From an uncultured Clostridia bacterium (GTDB lineage: Bacteria > Bacillota > Clostridia > TANB77 > CAG-508): DNA of 64,000 nucleotides. Position numbers and translations under genes: made by a program. Location of the stretch: the NCBI GenBank assembly GCA_944387405.1, contig CALXET010000003.1, positions 36,962-100,961 of the forward strand, given 5' to 3'. Below the pieces are notes generated by a model. That model saw only the letters and a program-made list of their open reading frames with translations. It did not search any database and was not told where the DNA came from. Numbering within the stretch: position 1 is the stretch's first letter; the number at the start of each line of letters is the position of its first letter. Shown here in pieces: positions 1-10,148 of this stretch.

Positions 1-293
1 AAGAAATATTTTACTAGTACATAAATGATTAAAATATATTCACAAATAGCTATTGTTGGAAAACCTATCACAAATCTAACCTTTTTAGTCTTATGCCTAC
101 AAATTACCATTCCTAAATTTGTACCAATTCCTCCACCTAAAAAAGTTATATAAAATAATACCTTTTCTGGAATTCTCCATCTATTTCTTTCTGCTTTTAC
201 TTTATCGATAAACATAGCTAAAAATCCTATACAATTAATTATTATTAGATAATATATTATATATCTTACATCAATAATATCTGATAAATTCAT
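1..293 (-). CDS. DUF1294/YsdA-family small membrane protein, truncated at the window edge
   Basis: Manual translation from ATG at 293: MNLSDIIDVRYIIYYLIIINCIGFLAMFIDKVKAERNRWRIPEKVLFYITFLGGGIGTNLGMVICRHKTKKVRF. The DKxKA-RWRIPE-GG-G-RHKTKK motif is characteristic. Not in the ORF track. Confidence 0.85.
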   Translation of the reverse strand, partial: MNLSDIIDVRYIIYYLIIINCIGFLAMFIDKVKAERNRWRIPEKVLFYITFLGGGIGTNLGMVICRHKTKKVRFVIGFPTIAICEYILIIYVLVKYF

Positions 294-327
294 TCTATCT
301 CCTACTTTATAATTCTTATTTTCCTAT

Positions 328-3300
328 TTAAACAAATAAACTCATTTGATTTGATTGTGTCATTCCCTCTAAGCAACCAGCTGCTTTTAATAATTCAATT
401 ACAGATTTTCCGACTTTACCTCTTTGTTGGATATCATCTATACACATAAATTTTTCTTCTTCTCTAGCTTTTACAATGCTTTCCGCAGCAACCGTACCGA
501 GACCTGGAATACTATTTAATGGTGGACGTATTCCATCTTCCTCCATTATAAATTTCTTACTATCTGATTTATATAAATCAATTGGCAAAAATTTTATTCC
601 TCTTTCATACATTTCGAGAACTAATTCTAAAATTGCATACATATTTTTATCTTTAGTCGTCGCAGAATTTCCTTGCATGTCAATTTCTTTCATTTTATTT
701 ATGACTTTTTCTTTTCCATGAATCATTATATCACTGTCAAACTCATCTGCTCTTATTGAGTAAAAAGCTGTATAATATGCTTTAGGCTCGTGTACTTTAA
801 ACCAGGCTATTCTAAATGCATTTGTTACATAAGCCGCAGCATGAGCTTTAGGGAACATGTATTTAATTTTTTCACAAGATTTTATGTACCATTCAGGAAC
901 ATCATGTTCTTTCATTATTTTTACATATTCTGCCCATTTTTCAGGATCTTTTAAAGCTTTACCCTTACGAACTGTTTCCATTATCTTAAAAGCATGATTT
1001 GGTTCTAATCCTTTTTTCATTAAATAAACCATAATATCATCTCTACATCCTATTGCTTCACTTAATGTAACAATTCCTTGATTAATTAATTCTTGAGCAT
1101 TATTAAGCCATACATCTGTACCGTGTGATAATCCAGAAATACTTATAAGCTCACCAAACGTCGTTGGTTTTGTATCTACAAGCATTCCTCTTACGAATTT
1201 TGTACCAAATTCAGGAACACCAAAAGTTCCAACTTGTGAATGTATTTGTTCTGGAGTTACTCCTAAAGCATCTGTAGAACTAAATATTGACATTGTTTCT
1301 TTATCATCTAGTGGTACTTTAGTTGGATCTATTCCTGTTAAATCAAAAAGCATTCTTATCATTGTAGGATCATCATGACCTAATATATCAAGCTTAAGTA
1401 AGTTTTGATCTATTGAGTGATAATCAAAATGTGTTGTTATTATATCTGAATTAGGATCGTCTGCTGGATGTTGTACAGGAGTAAATTCATATATTTCTCT
1501 TCCTTTAGGTACAACTATAATTCCTCCAGGATGCTGTCCTGTTGTACGTTTAATTCCAGTACATCCTACTGAAATTCTTTCAACTTCTGCACTACTTACA
1601 GGAATATGTCTTTCTTCATAATATTTCTTTACATATCCATATGCAGTTTTATCTGCTATAGTACCTACTGTACCTGCCTTAAAAGTAGTACCTTTTCCAA
1701 ATATTACTTCTGTATATTTGTGAGCTTTTGCTTGATATTCTCCTGAGAAGTTTAAGTCTATATCAGGCTCTTTATCTCCATTAAACCCAAGGAAAGTCTC
1801 AAAAGGTATATCCATTCCATCTTTTGCAAGATCAGTTCCACACTTTGGGCATTTTTTATCTGGAAGATCAAATCCATTTTTTACTCCATAATCAGTAAAA
1901 TCAGAATATTTACAATTTGGACATCTATAATGAGCAGGAAGTGAATTAACTTCTGTAATACCTGTCATATTAGCTACAAAAGAAGAACCAACAGAACCTC
2001 TTGAACCTACTATATATCCGTCTTCATTAGATTTCCATACTAGTTTTTGAGCAATAATATACATAACAGAAAATCCATTAGATATAATTGAATCTAATTC
2101 TTTCTTTAATCTAGTCTCTACTAACTCTGGAAGTGGGTCTCCATATAATTCATGAGCTTTACTATATGCAATATCTTTAATAGTTTGTTCACAACCTTCA
2201 ATATGAGGAGGACATTTCTCTCCTGAAATTGGACTTATTTTATCGCACATATCAGCTATTTTATTAGTATTTGTTATAACTACCTCTTTTGCCTTTTCTG
2301 GTCCTAGATATGCAAATTCATCTAGCATTTCTTCAGTAGTTCTTAGATAAAGTGGTGCTTGAATATCTGCATCAGCATATCCTTGACCTGCTTCTAATAT
2401 TCTTCTATAAATCTCATCTTGTGGATCCATAAAGTGAACATCACAAGTAGCAACTACTAATTTATTTAATTTTTCACCTAAAGCAACTATTTTTCTATTT
2501 ATGTCTCTTAAAGCTTCATGATCTGGTACTGTTCCATTTCTTACTAAGAAATCATTATTTCCTATAGGCTGAATCTCTAAATAATCATAATATTTAGCAA
2601 TTTCCTCTATTTCTTCATCTGATTTTCCTTTTTCTATTGCTTGATAAAGCTCTCCTGCTTCACATGCACTTCCTAAAATCAAACCTTCTCTATATTTCTC
2701 AAATAAACTTTTTAATATTCTTGGTTTTTTATAAAAATAATGTAGATGTGAAAAAGAAACTAATTTGTATAGATTTTTAAGTCCAACATAATCTTTTGCA
2801 AGAATAATTGCATGATATGATGGAAGTTTTTTGTATGAGTCTTTATCATTTCCAAATAATATATCTATATCATTAATTATCTTTCCGCCTTTTTCCTTTA
2901 TTTTTTCAAGCATTATATTAAATATAGCGACTAATGTTTTTACATCATCTAGAGCTCTATGAGCAACTTCAACTTCTATATTTAAATTACTTGCTATTAT
3001 TCCTAATTTATATTTTTTAAATTCTGGGAATATTACTTTTGCAAGTCTTAAAGTATCTATATATGTATTTTCTAATGAATATCCATATTCTGCAAAATTA
3101 TATTTTAAAAATCCAATATCAAAATCCGCATTATGTGCAACTAAAATCGAATCACCTATAAAATCAATTATTTTAGGAATTACTTTATCTATTGTTTCTG
3201 CATCCTTAACCATATTATCAGTTATATGTGTAACTTCAACAACTTCTGGTGGGATTGGTTTTTCTGGATTTACAAAACATTCAAATTCATCTATTACCTC

Positions 3301-4713
3301 TCCATTTTTTATTTTTATAATACCAACTTCAGTAATCTTCTCTGTTCTAAATGAAATTCCTGTAGTTTCTAAGTCAAGCACACAATAAACAGAATCAATA
3401 GGTTGTTCTTTAGCATAAAAAACACTTGGATCTTTATCAGGTACAAAATATGCCTCTACACCATATAATACTTTTAAATCTGGATTAGCTTTTCCTAAAA
3501 ATTTATGCGCATCTGGAAAGCTTTGTACAACGCCATGATCAGTAATTGCAATAGATTTCCAGCCCCAACTTACAGCTCTTTTTAATAAGTCTGCACATGC
3601 AGTTACTGCATCCATTTGACTCATTTGTGTATGCATATGAAGTTCAACTCTTTTTTCATCTGCATTATCCATTCTCTTTTTCTTAGGGTTTCCTGCTGTT
3701 TCTATAATTGTATTTGCCATTACAGTAATTTCTTTTGCAAAATTATCATAAGATGCATTTCCATCTAGCTTTAAGCCTTTTGCAGATTGTATTCTTTTCA
3801 TTGTATCTTTAAACTTTGCTTTTTCAACAAAAGCTTTACAAGTTATAGTGCTTGTTCCATCATAAAGATTGAACATAATAATTACTTTATCATTTTTTAT
3901 CTCTCTTGAATCTGAAGATATTACTTCACCTTCTATACATACTTTCACAGTATCTGGTGAAATATCTATTATTTTTGTAAGCGGATTTCTTAAAGTAGCA
4001 TTTCTACCATATATTAATGGAGAATTTTCTTCTGCAATTTGTTTTTGTAAATCTTCCATTTTTGGAACATTTGCATATTCCCCTGATTTTACATTTAGAG
4101 CTGCTTCTCTTTCTTCTACTTTTCTTCTATCTTCTTTCATTGCTTCAGCTCTAGCTTCCTTAGCTTGTCTTTCTAGCTCCATAAAAGCTTGTTTTTCTTC
4201 ATTTTTAAGATATTCTTCATATTTTTCCATATCTTCTTTTGTAACTTTATCTACATATTTTACTTTATATTTTTTGTTATATAAATTTGTAATTAAATGT
4301 TCTAATCCTTTATCAAACCTTTTTGAGCGTAAAAAATCAGCCCCTTTTACTTTAAGTTCGATATCTATATCATCTCCATCTATCACTAAACTACTGTTAG
4401 TTAAAATAGCTTTTGTAAGAGGCTCTTTTTTGGACATATATTTAGTAAGTTTTTCCCAATCTTCTAAAACAGTATTTTCTATTTTAGCATCATCATTATA
4501 TTTAATATTTAAAATTGCTTTATTTACAGCAAATTTATTTACTAGGAAGTTCTGAAAACTTTCTAGTTCATCTACATTAATCTGCTTTCCACTAGTTAAA
4601 TCAATCTCTAATTTATTACTTTTTTTAAATAGATTTATATTTGTTATATCTGCATCTTGCATACTATTTACTTCTGAATAATCATTAAATACTTCTTTAA
4701 CTTGTTTTTGCAT
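328..4713 (-). CDS. polC: DNA polymerase III alpha subunit, Gram-positive PolC type
   Basis: 1461 aa. PHP motif (VELHMHTQMS, AITDHG), inserted DEDDh exonuclease (VLDLETTG), GSRGSVGSS, CxxC zinc finger, PDIDLNF. Confidence 0.99.
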   Translation of the reverse strand: MQKQVKEVFNDYSEVNSMQDADITNINLFKKSNKLEIDLTSGKQINVDELESFQNFLVNKFAVNKAILNIKYNDDAKIENTVLEDWEKLTKYMSKKEPLTKAILTNSSLVIDGDDIDIELKVKGADFLRSKRFDKGLEHLITNLYNKKYKVKYVDKVTKEDMEKYEEYLKNEEKQAFMELERQAKEARAEAMKEDRRKVEEREAALNVKSGEYANVPKMEDLQKQIAEENSPLIYGRNATLRNPLTKIIDISPDTVKVCIEGEVISSDSREIKNDKVIIMFNLYDGTSTITCKAFVEKAKFKDTMKRIQSAKGLKLDGNASYDNFAKEITVMANTIIETAGNPKKKRMDNADEKRVELHMHTQMSQMDAVTACADLLKRAVSWGWKSIAITDHGVVQSFPDAHKFLGKANPDLKVLYGVEAYFVPDKDPSVFYAKEQPIDSVYCVLDLETTGISFRTEKITEVGIIKIKNGEVIDEFECFVNPEKPIPPEVVEVTHITDNMVKDAETIDKVIPKIIDFIGDSILVAHNADFDIGFLKYNFAEYGYSLENTYIDTLRLAKVIFPEFKKYKLGIIASNLNIEVEVAHRALDDVKTLVAIFNIMLEKIKEKGGKIINDIDILFGNDKDSYKKLPSYHAIILAKDYVGLKNLYKLVSFSHLHYFYKKPRILKSLFEKYREGLILGSACEAGELYQAIEKGKSDEEIEEIAKYYDYLEIQPIGNNDFLVRNGTVPDHEALRDINRKIVALGEKLNKLVVATCDVHFMDPQDEIYRRILEAGQGYADADIQAPLYLRTTEEMLDEFAYLGPEKAKEVVITNTNKIADMCDKISPISGEKCPPHIEGCEQTIKDIAYSKAHELYGDPLPELVETRLKKELDSIISNGFSVMYIIAQKLVWKSNEDGYIVGSRGSVGSSFVANMTGITEVNSLPAHYRCPNCKYSDFTDYGVKNGFDLPDKKCPKCGTDLAKDGMDIPFETFLGFNGDKEPDIDLNFSGEYQAKAHKYTEVIFGKGTTFKAGTVGTIADKTAYGYVKKYYEERHIPVSSAEVERISVGCTGIKRTTGQHPGGIIVVPKGREIYEFTPVQHPADDPNSDIITTHFDYHSIDQNLLKLDILGHDDPTMIRMLFDLTGIDPTKVPLDDKETMSIFSSTDALGVTPEQIHSQVGTFGVPEFGTKFVRGMLVDTKPTTFGELISISGLSHGTDVWLNNAQELINQGIVTLSEAIGCRDDIMVYLMKKGLEPNHAFKIMETVRKGKALKDPEKWAEYVKIMKEHDVPEWYIKSCEKIKYMFPKAHAAAYVTNAFRIAWFKVHEPKAYYTAFYSIRADEFDSDIMIHGKEKVINKMKEIDMQGNSATTKDKNMYAILELVLEMYERGIKFLPIDLYKSDSKKFIMEEDGIRPPLNSIPGLGTVAAESIVKAREEEKFMCIDDIQQRGKVGKSVIELLKAAGCLEGMTQSNQMSLFV

Positions 4714-4736
4714 TTTCCTTTTTTTGCTCCTTTTAG

Positions 4737-5315
4737 CTAATTGTTATTTTCTTCTCCAGTTCCTAATTTTTCTTTTATATCATTAAATACTTTATCTACA
4801 TTTTTTATTGAATCTATATATATATGTTTTTCTAAAAGATTTTTAGAAGCTGTTTTAATATATATAGTTCCAATTCCAAATATTTTTTCAAATCTCGTTT
4901 GATTATATGATATTTCTTTAACATCTGTATAACTAATTTCTATTTTTTTCTCTTTGAAAAATACTATTTTTTTATAAACAAATTTTGTCATGTAAAATGT
5001 ACATTTTGAATGATTTATCTTATATTTATCATACAAAAACACAAATATCTCTGCTAAAATTACTAATATAATAAAAATGATTGATTCTAGCAAAAATTCT
5101 GAAGCTGTAAGTATTAGTACTGCACAAACAATAATTGCAATAAATAATGATTCTAAATGTTGCGAAAGTTGATACCCAAATACAAATTTTCTTTTAAATT
5201 CATATACTTTAACTCTATCAGCTCTTTTTTCTTCTTCTTTTAAAACTTTATTCATACAGTTATTACACAATTCTCCTTCTTTTTTTAGTTCAGCTCCACA
5301 CATTTTACATCTCAT
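4737..5315 (-). CDS. Membrane protein: N-terminal zinc ribbon, two TM helices, bacterial PH-like domain
   Basis: CKMCG..LCNNC at the N terminus, two hydrophobic segments, and a C-terminal 'EISYTDVKEISYNQTRFEKIFGIGTIYIKTA' typical of bPH_2. Start set at ATG 5315 after the AGAGGG RBS. Confidence 0.65.
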   Translation of the reverse strand: MRCKMCGAELKKEGELCNNCMNKVLKEEEKRADRVKVYEFKRKFVFGYQLSQHLESLFIAIIVCAVLILTASEFLLESIIFIILVILAEIFVFLYDKYKINHSKCTFYMTKFVYKKIVFFKEKKIEISYTDVKEISYNQTRFEKIFGIGTIYIKTASKNLLEKHIYIDSIKNVDKVFNDIKEKLGTGEENNN

Positions 5316-5349
5316 AATAATCCCTCTTTCTTTTATCATAAGTATTTAT

Positions 5350-6609
5350 TTAAAATAATCTCAGTATATCATTATATGATACATATATTGATAGTAAGAT
5401 TAATAATGAAAATCCTATTAATTGAACTGTTATTTCAAACTTTTCACTTAATGGTTTACGTCTAATAGCTTCTATTAAAAGTAATAATATTTTTCCACCA
5501 TCTAAAGCTGGAATTGGTAATAGATTCGTAACACCAAGTGATAGAGAAATAACTGCAAGTAGATATATAAATTCTGCAAAAGTCGTTGTAGATGCTACTG
5601 TTGATGATATTCCAACAGGTCCCATTAGTTGATCTGTAGAAACATTTCCTGTAAATAATTCTTTTACATTATATAATAATGAGCCTGAGAAATCTACAGT
5701 AGTCCAAAAGCCATAATATAAATTATTTTTTATATTTTTATCTGCTACTTTAAACATTGTTCCTATATAATATTCTTTGTTTTCGATAGGAATAATATCA
5801 AAATCAACTTTTTCACCATTTCTATCTACTGTTAATTTAACATTTCCTTCAGAATTTTGTATTAATTCTATTGCTCTTTTGTAATCTTTATTTACTTCTT
5901 CACCATTTACACTAAAAATAATATCACCTGACTGTAATCCTACCTTTTCTGCTGGTGAGTTTTCATATATTGATTCTATTTTACATGATGCAGTATTTTC
6001 ATTACCAAGATATATACCTATAGTTTTAGTTATCTTTTCTGTAGGTTTAAAATCATATGAAATCTCTTTTCCATCACGTAAAACTAAAACATTAATACTT
6101 TCTCCATTACTTTTCTCAACTTCTTCAGTTATATCTGAATTTAATCTAATCTTTTTATTATTAATTTCTAATATTTTGTCTCCAGGCATTATTCCAACAT
6201 TATCTGCAGCATATGTATCTACTACTTCTGCTACTGTTGTTGAATAAAAATTTCCAATAGAACAAGCAAGTGCAAAAAATACTAAAAGTCCAAAAACTAT
6301 ATTTACTGTTGCTCCTGCTGCAACTATTAAAATTCTTTTTGGAATAGAAAGTTTACTAAAAGATCCATTTTCATCTGATCTTTCATCTTCTCCTTCCATG
6401 CTAACAAATCCACCTAATGGAAAAGCTCTTATGCAATACCTTGTTTCTTTTCTTTGTTTTGAATATAATACTTTTCCAAATCCTAATGAAAATTCATTAA
6501 CTTTTACTTTAAATAATTTTGCAACTAAAAAATGTCCTGCTTCATGTATCAATATTAGAAAACCCAATAAGAAAATAATTTTAATAGCATTTATTATAAA
6601 AGAAATCAA
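5350..6609 (-). CDS. rseP: RIP metalloprotease RseP (M50B) with two PDZ domains
   Basis: HEAGH zinc motif, NLLPIPALDGG motif, PDZ repeats; canonical position after cdsA. Confidence 0.96.
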   Translation of the reverse strand: MISFIINAIKIIFLLGFLILIHEAGHFLVAKLFKVKVNEFSLGFGKVLYSKQRKETRYCIRAFPLGGFVSMEGEDERSDENGSFSKLSIPKRILIVAAGATVNIVFGLLVFFALACSIGNFYSTTVAEVVDTYAADNVGIMPGDKILEINNKKIRLNSDITEEVEKSNGESINVLVLRDGKEISYDFKPTEKITKTIGIYLGNENTASCKIESIYENSPAEKVGLQSGDIIFSVNGEEVNKDYKRAIELIQNSEGNVKLTVDRNGEKVDFDIIPIENKEYYIGTMFKVADKNIKNNLYYGFWTTVDFSGSLLYNVKELFTGNVSTDQLMGPVGISSTVASTTTFAEFIYLLAVISLSLGVTNLLPIPALDGGKILLLLIEAIRRKPLSEKFEITVQLIGFSLLILLSIYVSYNDILRLF

Positions 6610-6622
6610 TATTTCCTCCTAT

Positions 6623-7438
6623 TTACATCATTAATATATTAATTAAATAATAAGCAAATGGTGCTGCAAAAATAACACTATCTATTCTATCTATCATTCC
6701 TCCATGACCAGGAATTAAATTACTATAATCTTTTATTCCAACATATCTCTTTATTGCAGATGCTGAAAAATCACCAATTTGTCCTAATATTGCAAGAACA
6801 AATCCTATTATTCCTGCTACTATATAATTAATATTCATTGCAAAAACATTATTTAATAATATTGTATATAATATGACTAGTAAAACTCCACCTACTGTTC
6901 CTGCTACACAGCCCTCTATAGATTTATTTGGGCTAATTTTACTAAATTTGTGTTTTCCAAATTTGCTACCAATACAAAAAGCAAATATATCACAGCCCCA
7001 GGTTGCTAAGAATATATACCATATGTAAAACTTTCCAACGTTTTCTAATCCATAAAGTAATGCTAAAAATGCTATAAATCCTATAATATAAATATATCCA
7101 AATAAACTAACTACTATATCAGAAATGTTTGTCTTCATTTCTCTTACAATAACTATTGTAAATAAAACTGCAACTATTGTTACTAAGCCAAGTCCTAAAA
7201 ACTTAGTAATCATATCTATAGGGATTAAATGTATTCCAGCAATTGAAGATGCTAAAATATATCCTAACCATTTAACTGGTTTTATATCTTTCTTCTCCAT
7301 AGCATTCATATATTCATGAATACTAATTATAGCAATAACTGCTAAAAAAACATCTAATATATACTTATTTCCAAAAACTAATAATAAAGCAATTATTGGC
7401 AGTCCAAAAACACCTGACAATATTCTTTTTATTCCCAT
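6623..7438 (-). CDS. cdsA: Phosphatidate cytidylyltransferase
   Basis: SPNKSIEG and GDFSASAIKRYVGIKDYSNLIPGHGGMIDRIDS motifs. Confidence 0.96.
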   Translation of the reverse strand: MGIKRILSGVFGLPIIALLLVFGNKYILDVFLAVIAIISIHEYMNAMEKKDIKPVKWLGYILASSIAGIHLIPIDMITKFLGLGLVTIVAVLFTIVIVREMKTNISDIVVSLFGYIYIIGFIAFLALLYGLENVGKFYIWYIFLATWGCDIFAFCIGSKFGKHKFSKISPNKSIEGCVAGTVGGVLLVILYTILLNNVFAMNINYIVAGIIGFVLAILGQIGDFSASAIKRYVGIKDYSNLIPGHGGMIDRIDSVIFAAPFAYYLINILMM

Positions 7439-7450
7439 AACAAACTCCTT

Positions 7451-8158
7451 TTATTTTCCACCAAATTTTCTATTTCTCTTTTGATAAATTTCAATAACTT
7501 TATCTAAATCCTCCTCATTAAAATCTGGCCAATTTTTTTCAACAAAGATAAACTCAGAATACACTATTTGCCATGGTAAAAAATTGCTAGTTCTCATTTC
7601 TCCAGATGTTCTTACAACAACATCTGGATCTGGCATACCACTTGTATATAAATTATTTGATATTATTTCTTCATTAATATCTTCGATTTTAATTTCATCT
7701 TCTTTAACTTTTTCTGCAATTTTTCTTACTGCTTTTACTATTTCATCTCTTCCGCCATAGTTAAGTGCTATATTAAAATTGATATCTGTATTATCTTTTG
7801 TTCTCTCTTCTAGTTTTCCTATTGTACTTTGCATTCCTTTTGGAAGAACAGATATATCTCCTAAAACTTTAACTTTTATACCTTCTGTATCTGCTCTTTT
7901 GGCATAACTATCAAGATATGCTTGTAAAAGAAACATTAAAGCACCAACCTCATCTTCACTTCTTTTCCAATTTTCAGTTGAAAATGCATATACTGTTATA
8001 TATTTAATTCCAACTTTTTTTGCATATCTAACTATTTTCTCTAAAGTCTTTGCTCCTTCTTTATGTCCTACTTTTATATCTAATCCTCTCTGTTTTGCCC
8101 ATCTTCTATTTCCATCCATTATGATAGCTACATGTACTGGTAAATTTGATGTTTGCAT
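7451..8158 (-). CDS. uppS: Undecaprenyl diphosphate synthase
   Basis: HVAIIMDGNRRWA, YAFSTENWKR and RTSGEMRTSNF motifs. Confidence 0.97.
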   Translation of the reverse strand: MQTSNLPVHVAIIMDGNRRWAKQRGLDIKVGHKEGAKTLEKIVRYAKKVGIKYITVYAFSTENWKRSEDEVGALMFLLQAYLDSYAKRADTEGIKVKVLGDISVLPKGMQSTIGKLEERTKDNTDINFNIALNYGGRDEIVKAVRKIAEKVKEDEIKIEDINEEIISNNLYTSGMPDPDVVVRTSGEMRTSNFLPWQIVYSEFIFVEKNWPDFNEEDLDKVIEIYQKRNRKFGGK

Positions 8159-8176
8159 ACCTTTCTCCTTATATAA

Positions 8177-8725
8177 CTAAATTGACATTATCTCTTTTTC
8201 TTTTTTCTCTAATATTACATCTATTTCTGCTATTTTTTTATCTGTTATTTTTTGAATTTGTTCCTCTGCTCTTTTTAAATCGTCTTCTGTCATCATACTT
8301 TCTTTTTCAAGATCTTTTGCTTCATCAATACCATCTCTTCTTATTGATCTTACAGCAACTTTTGCTTCTTCAGCTAACTTTTTAATATCTTTTACTATTT
8401 CTTTTCTTCTTTCCTCATTTAATTCTGGAAATACAAGTCTTATTACTTTGCCATCATTATTTGGATTTATTCCTATATCTGAAGCTAAGATTGCTCTTTC
8501 AATCTCTTTTAAAACACTTGCATCCCAAGGTTGGATTACTATCATTCTAGCTTCAGGAACAGATATTCCTGCGACTTGATTAATAGGTGTTGGTACACCA
8601 TAGTAATCTACTGTTATTTTGTTTAATATTGCAGGATTTGCTCTTCCTGCTCTAATTTCTGATAAATTTTCTTCAAAAACACTTATTGATTTGTCCATTC
8701 TTTCTTCAATTTCATTAAATTCCAT
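8177..8725 (-). CDS. frr: Ribosome recycling factor
   Basis: [37 protein letters not shown]. Confidence 0.98.
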   Translation of the reverse strand: MEFNEIEERMDKSISVFEENLSEIRAGRANPAILNKITVDYYGVPTPINQVAGISVPEARMIVIQPWDASVLKEIERAILASDIGINPNNDGKVIRLVFPELNEERRKEIVKDIKKLAEEAKVAVRSIRRDGIDEAKDLEKESMMTEDDLKRAEEQIQKITDKKIAEIDVILEKKEKEIMSI

Positions 8726-8797
8726 ATCTAAAAAATCCTTTCTTTATTTCTAATATATTTACCATCTTTTGTATTATTATAATTAAATAATTATTTT

Positions 8798-9493
8798 TTA
8801 TTTAACTAAAGTTCCTATAGTTTCACCTTCTGCCGCTTTTACTATATTATCTGGTTCAAATATACTAAAAACAACTAAAGGAATATTGTTTTCCATGCAT
8901 AAAACAGTAGATGCTAAATCCATTGCTTGTAAATTTTTACTTAATACTTCATTATAGCTTATTGTATCATATTTTATAGCATCTTTATCTTTCTTTGGAT
9001 CTGCAGAATAAACTCCATCTATCGTTTTTGCAACTAAGATTACTTCTGCATTCATCTCACATGCTCTTAATGCTGCACATGTATCTGTTGAAAAATATGG
9101 ATGTCCTGTTCCTGCTGAGAATATTACTACTTTTCCTTCTTTTAAATATTTTTCCATATTTCTTTTAGTATATTTTTCAGCTATTTCATTCATTTCTATT
9201 GCAGCTAAAACAACAGCTTCAACTCCTCTTTTTTCTAAAGCATCTCTAACTGCTAGAGAATTCATTACTGTAGCTAGCATTCCTATATAATCAGATGTGG
9301 TTCTTTCCATATCATGATTATCTCTTCCTCTCCAGAAATTTCCTCCACCTACTACTACACCTATCTCAACTTCTTTTTCATGTAATACTTTTATTCTATC
9401 ACATATTTTTCCGACTGAATCAGGATCTATATTAGTTTTCTTATCTCCTGAAAGTGCTTCACCACTAATTTTAAGTAAAACTCTCTTGTACAT
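8798..9493 (-). CDS. pyrH: UMP kinase
   Basis: RVLLKISGEAL, VVGGGNFWRG, GTGHPYFSTD. Start moved to ATG 9493 downstream of GGAGG. Confidence 0.96.
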   Translation of the reverse strand: MYKRVLLKISGEALSGDKKTNIDPDSVGKICDRIKVLHEKEVEIGVVVGGGNFWRGRDNHDMERTTSDYIGMLATVMNSLAVRDALEKRGVEAVVLAAIEMNEIAEKYTKRNMEKYLKEGKVVIFSAGTGHPYFSTDTCAALRACEMNAEVILVAKTIDGVYSADPKKDKDAIKYDTISYNEVLSKNLQAMDLASTVLCMENNIPLVVFSIFEPDNIVKAAEGETIGTLVK

Positions 9494-9694
9494 TTTTCTA
9501 ATGACCTCCATACTTTTATACTTTTCACATTTTATCATATATTATATAGTTTCGCTACATTTTTTTAATATTTGTTTAAGTATTTTTAACTTTTTTACTT
9601 TAACAAATTTTATACAAGAAAAAAGATTTGAATATAATTTCAAATCTTTTACTTATAATTTTATTTAATCATTTTAATTTTCTTTTTTCATTTT

Positions 9695-10030
9695 TTAATT
9701 TGATTCCCATCTAACAAGTTTTATATCTTTATATGTTGAAAGTACATCCATATACTTTTGATACTCTTCTTCCCAAAGTGCATTTGGTACTTTATCAAAA
9801 GCGTCAAATACTCTTTCAGCTTCTCTTAAAAACATTAATTGTTCAGTTGTACTTAATTTTTCATACTTCTTTGAAAATGCATATAATTTATCTAACATTT
9901 CATTTGCTTTAATAAAAGACCAAAAATCCTTAACTTTCATACCTGCCATTTTAATCTGTGCTACGGCAAATGCAATTAACAATACAATTATAGCAAGAAG
10001 CATTACTATTATCATTAGTGCTCCACTCAT
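9695..10030 (-). CDS. Small hypothetical protein with N-terminal TM anchor
   Basis: 111 aa with RBS (AGGAG), an N-terminal hydrophobic helix and a helical soluble part. Confidence 0.7.
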   Translation of the reverse strand: MSGALMIIVMLLAIIVLLIAFAVAQIKMAGMKVKDFWSFIKANEMLDKLYAFSKKYEKLSTTEQLMFLREAERVFDAFDKVPNALWEEEYQKYMDVLSTYKDIKLVRWESN

Positions 10031-10148
10031 AAAAATACTCCTTATACTACATTATAAAAAAATTATAGCACATAAATATTTTTATATCAATTTTTTATAT
10101 CAATATTTTACATTTTTTTATTATTTTCTACTATTTTTCATTTTATTT

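Noticed and set aside
476-4555. Plus-strand ORFs antisense to polC (476-721, 3869-4555) and similar shadows opposite rseP, clpC, fadD-like, dxs, pgk, gap, obgE, glyS and glmU
   Set aside because: They lie opposite well-supported genes, have F/S/L/I-rich composition typical of reverse-complement frames in AT-rich DNA, and lack an RBS.
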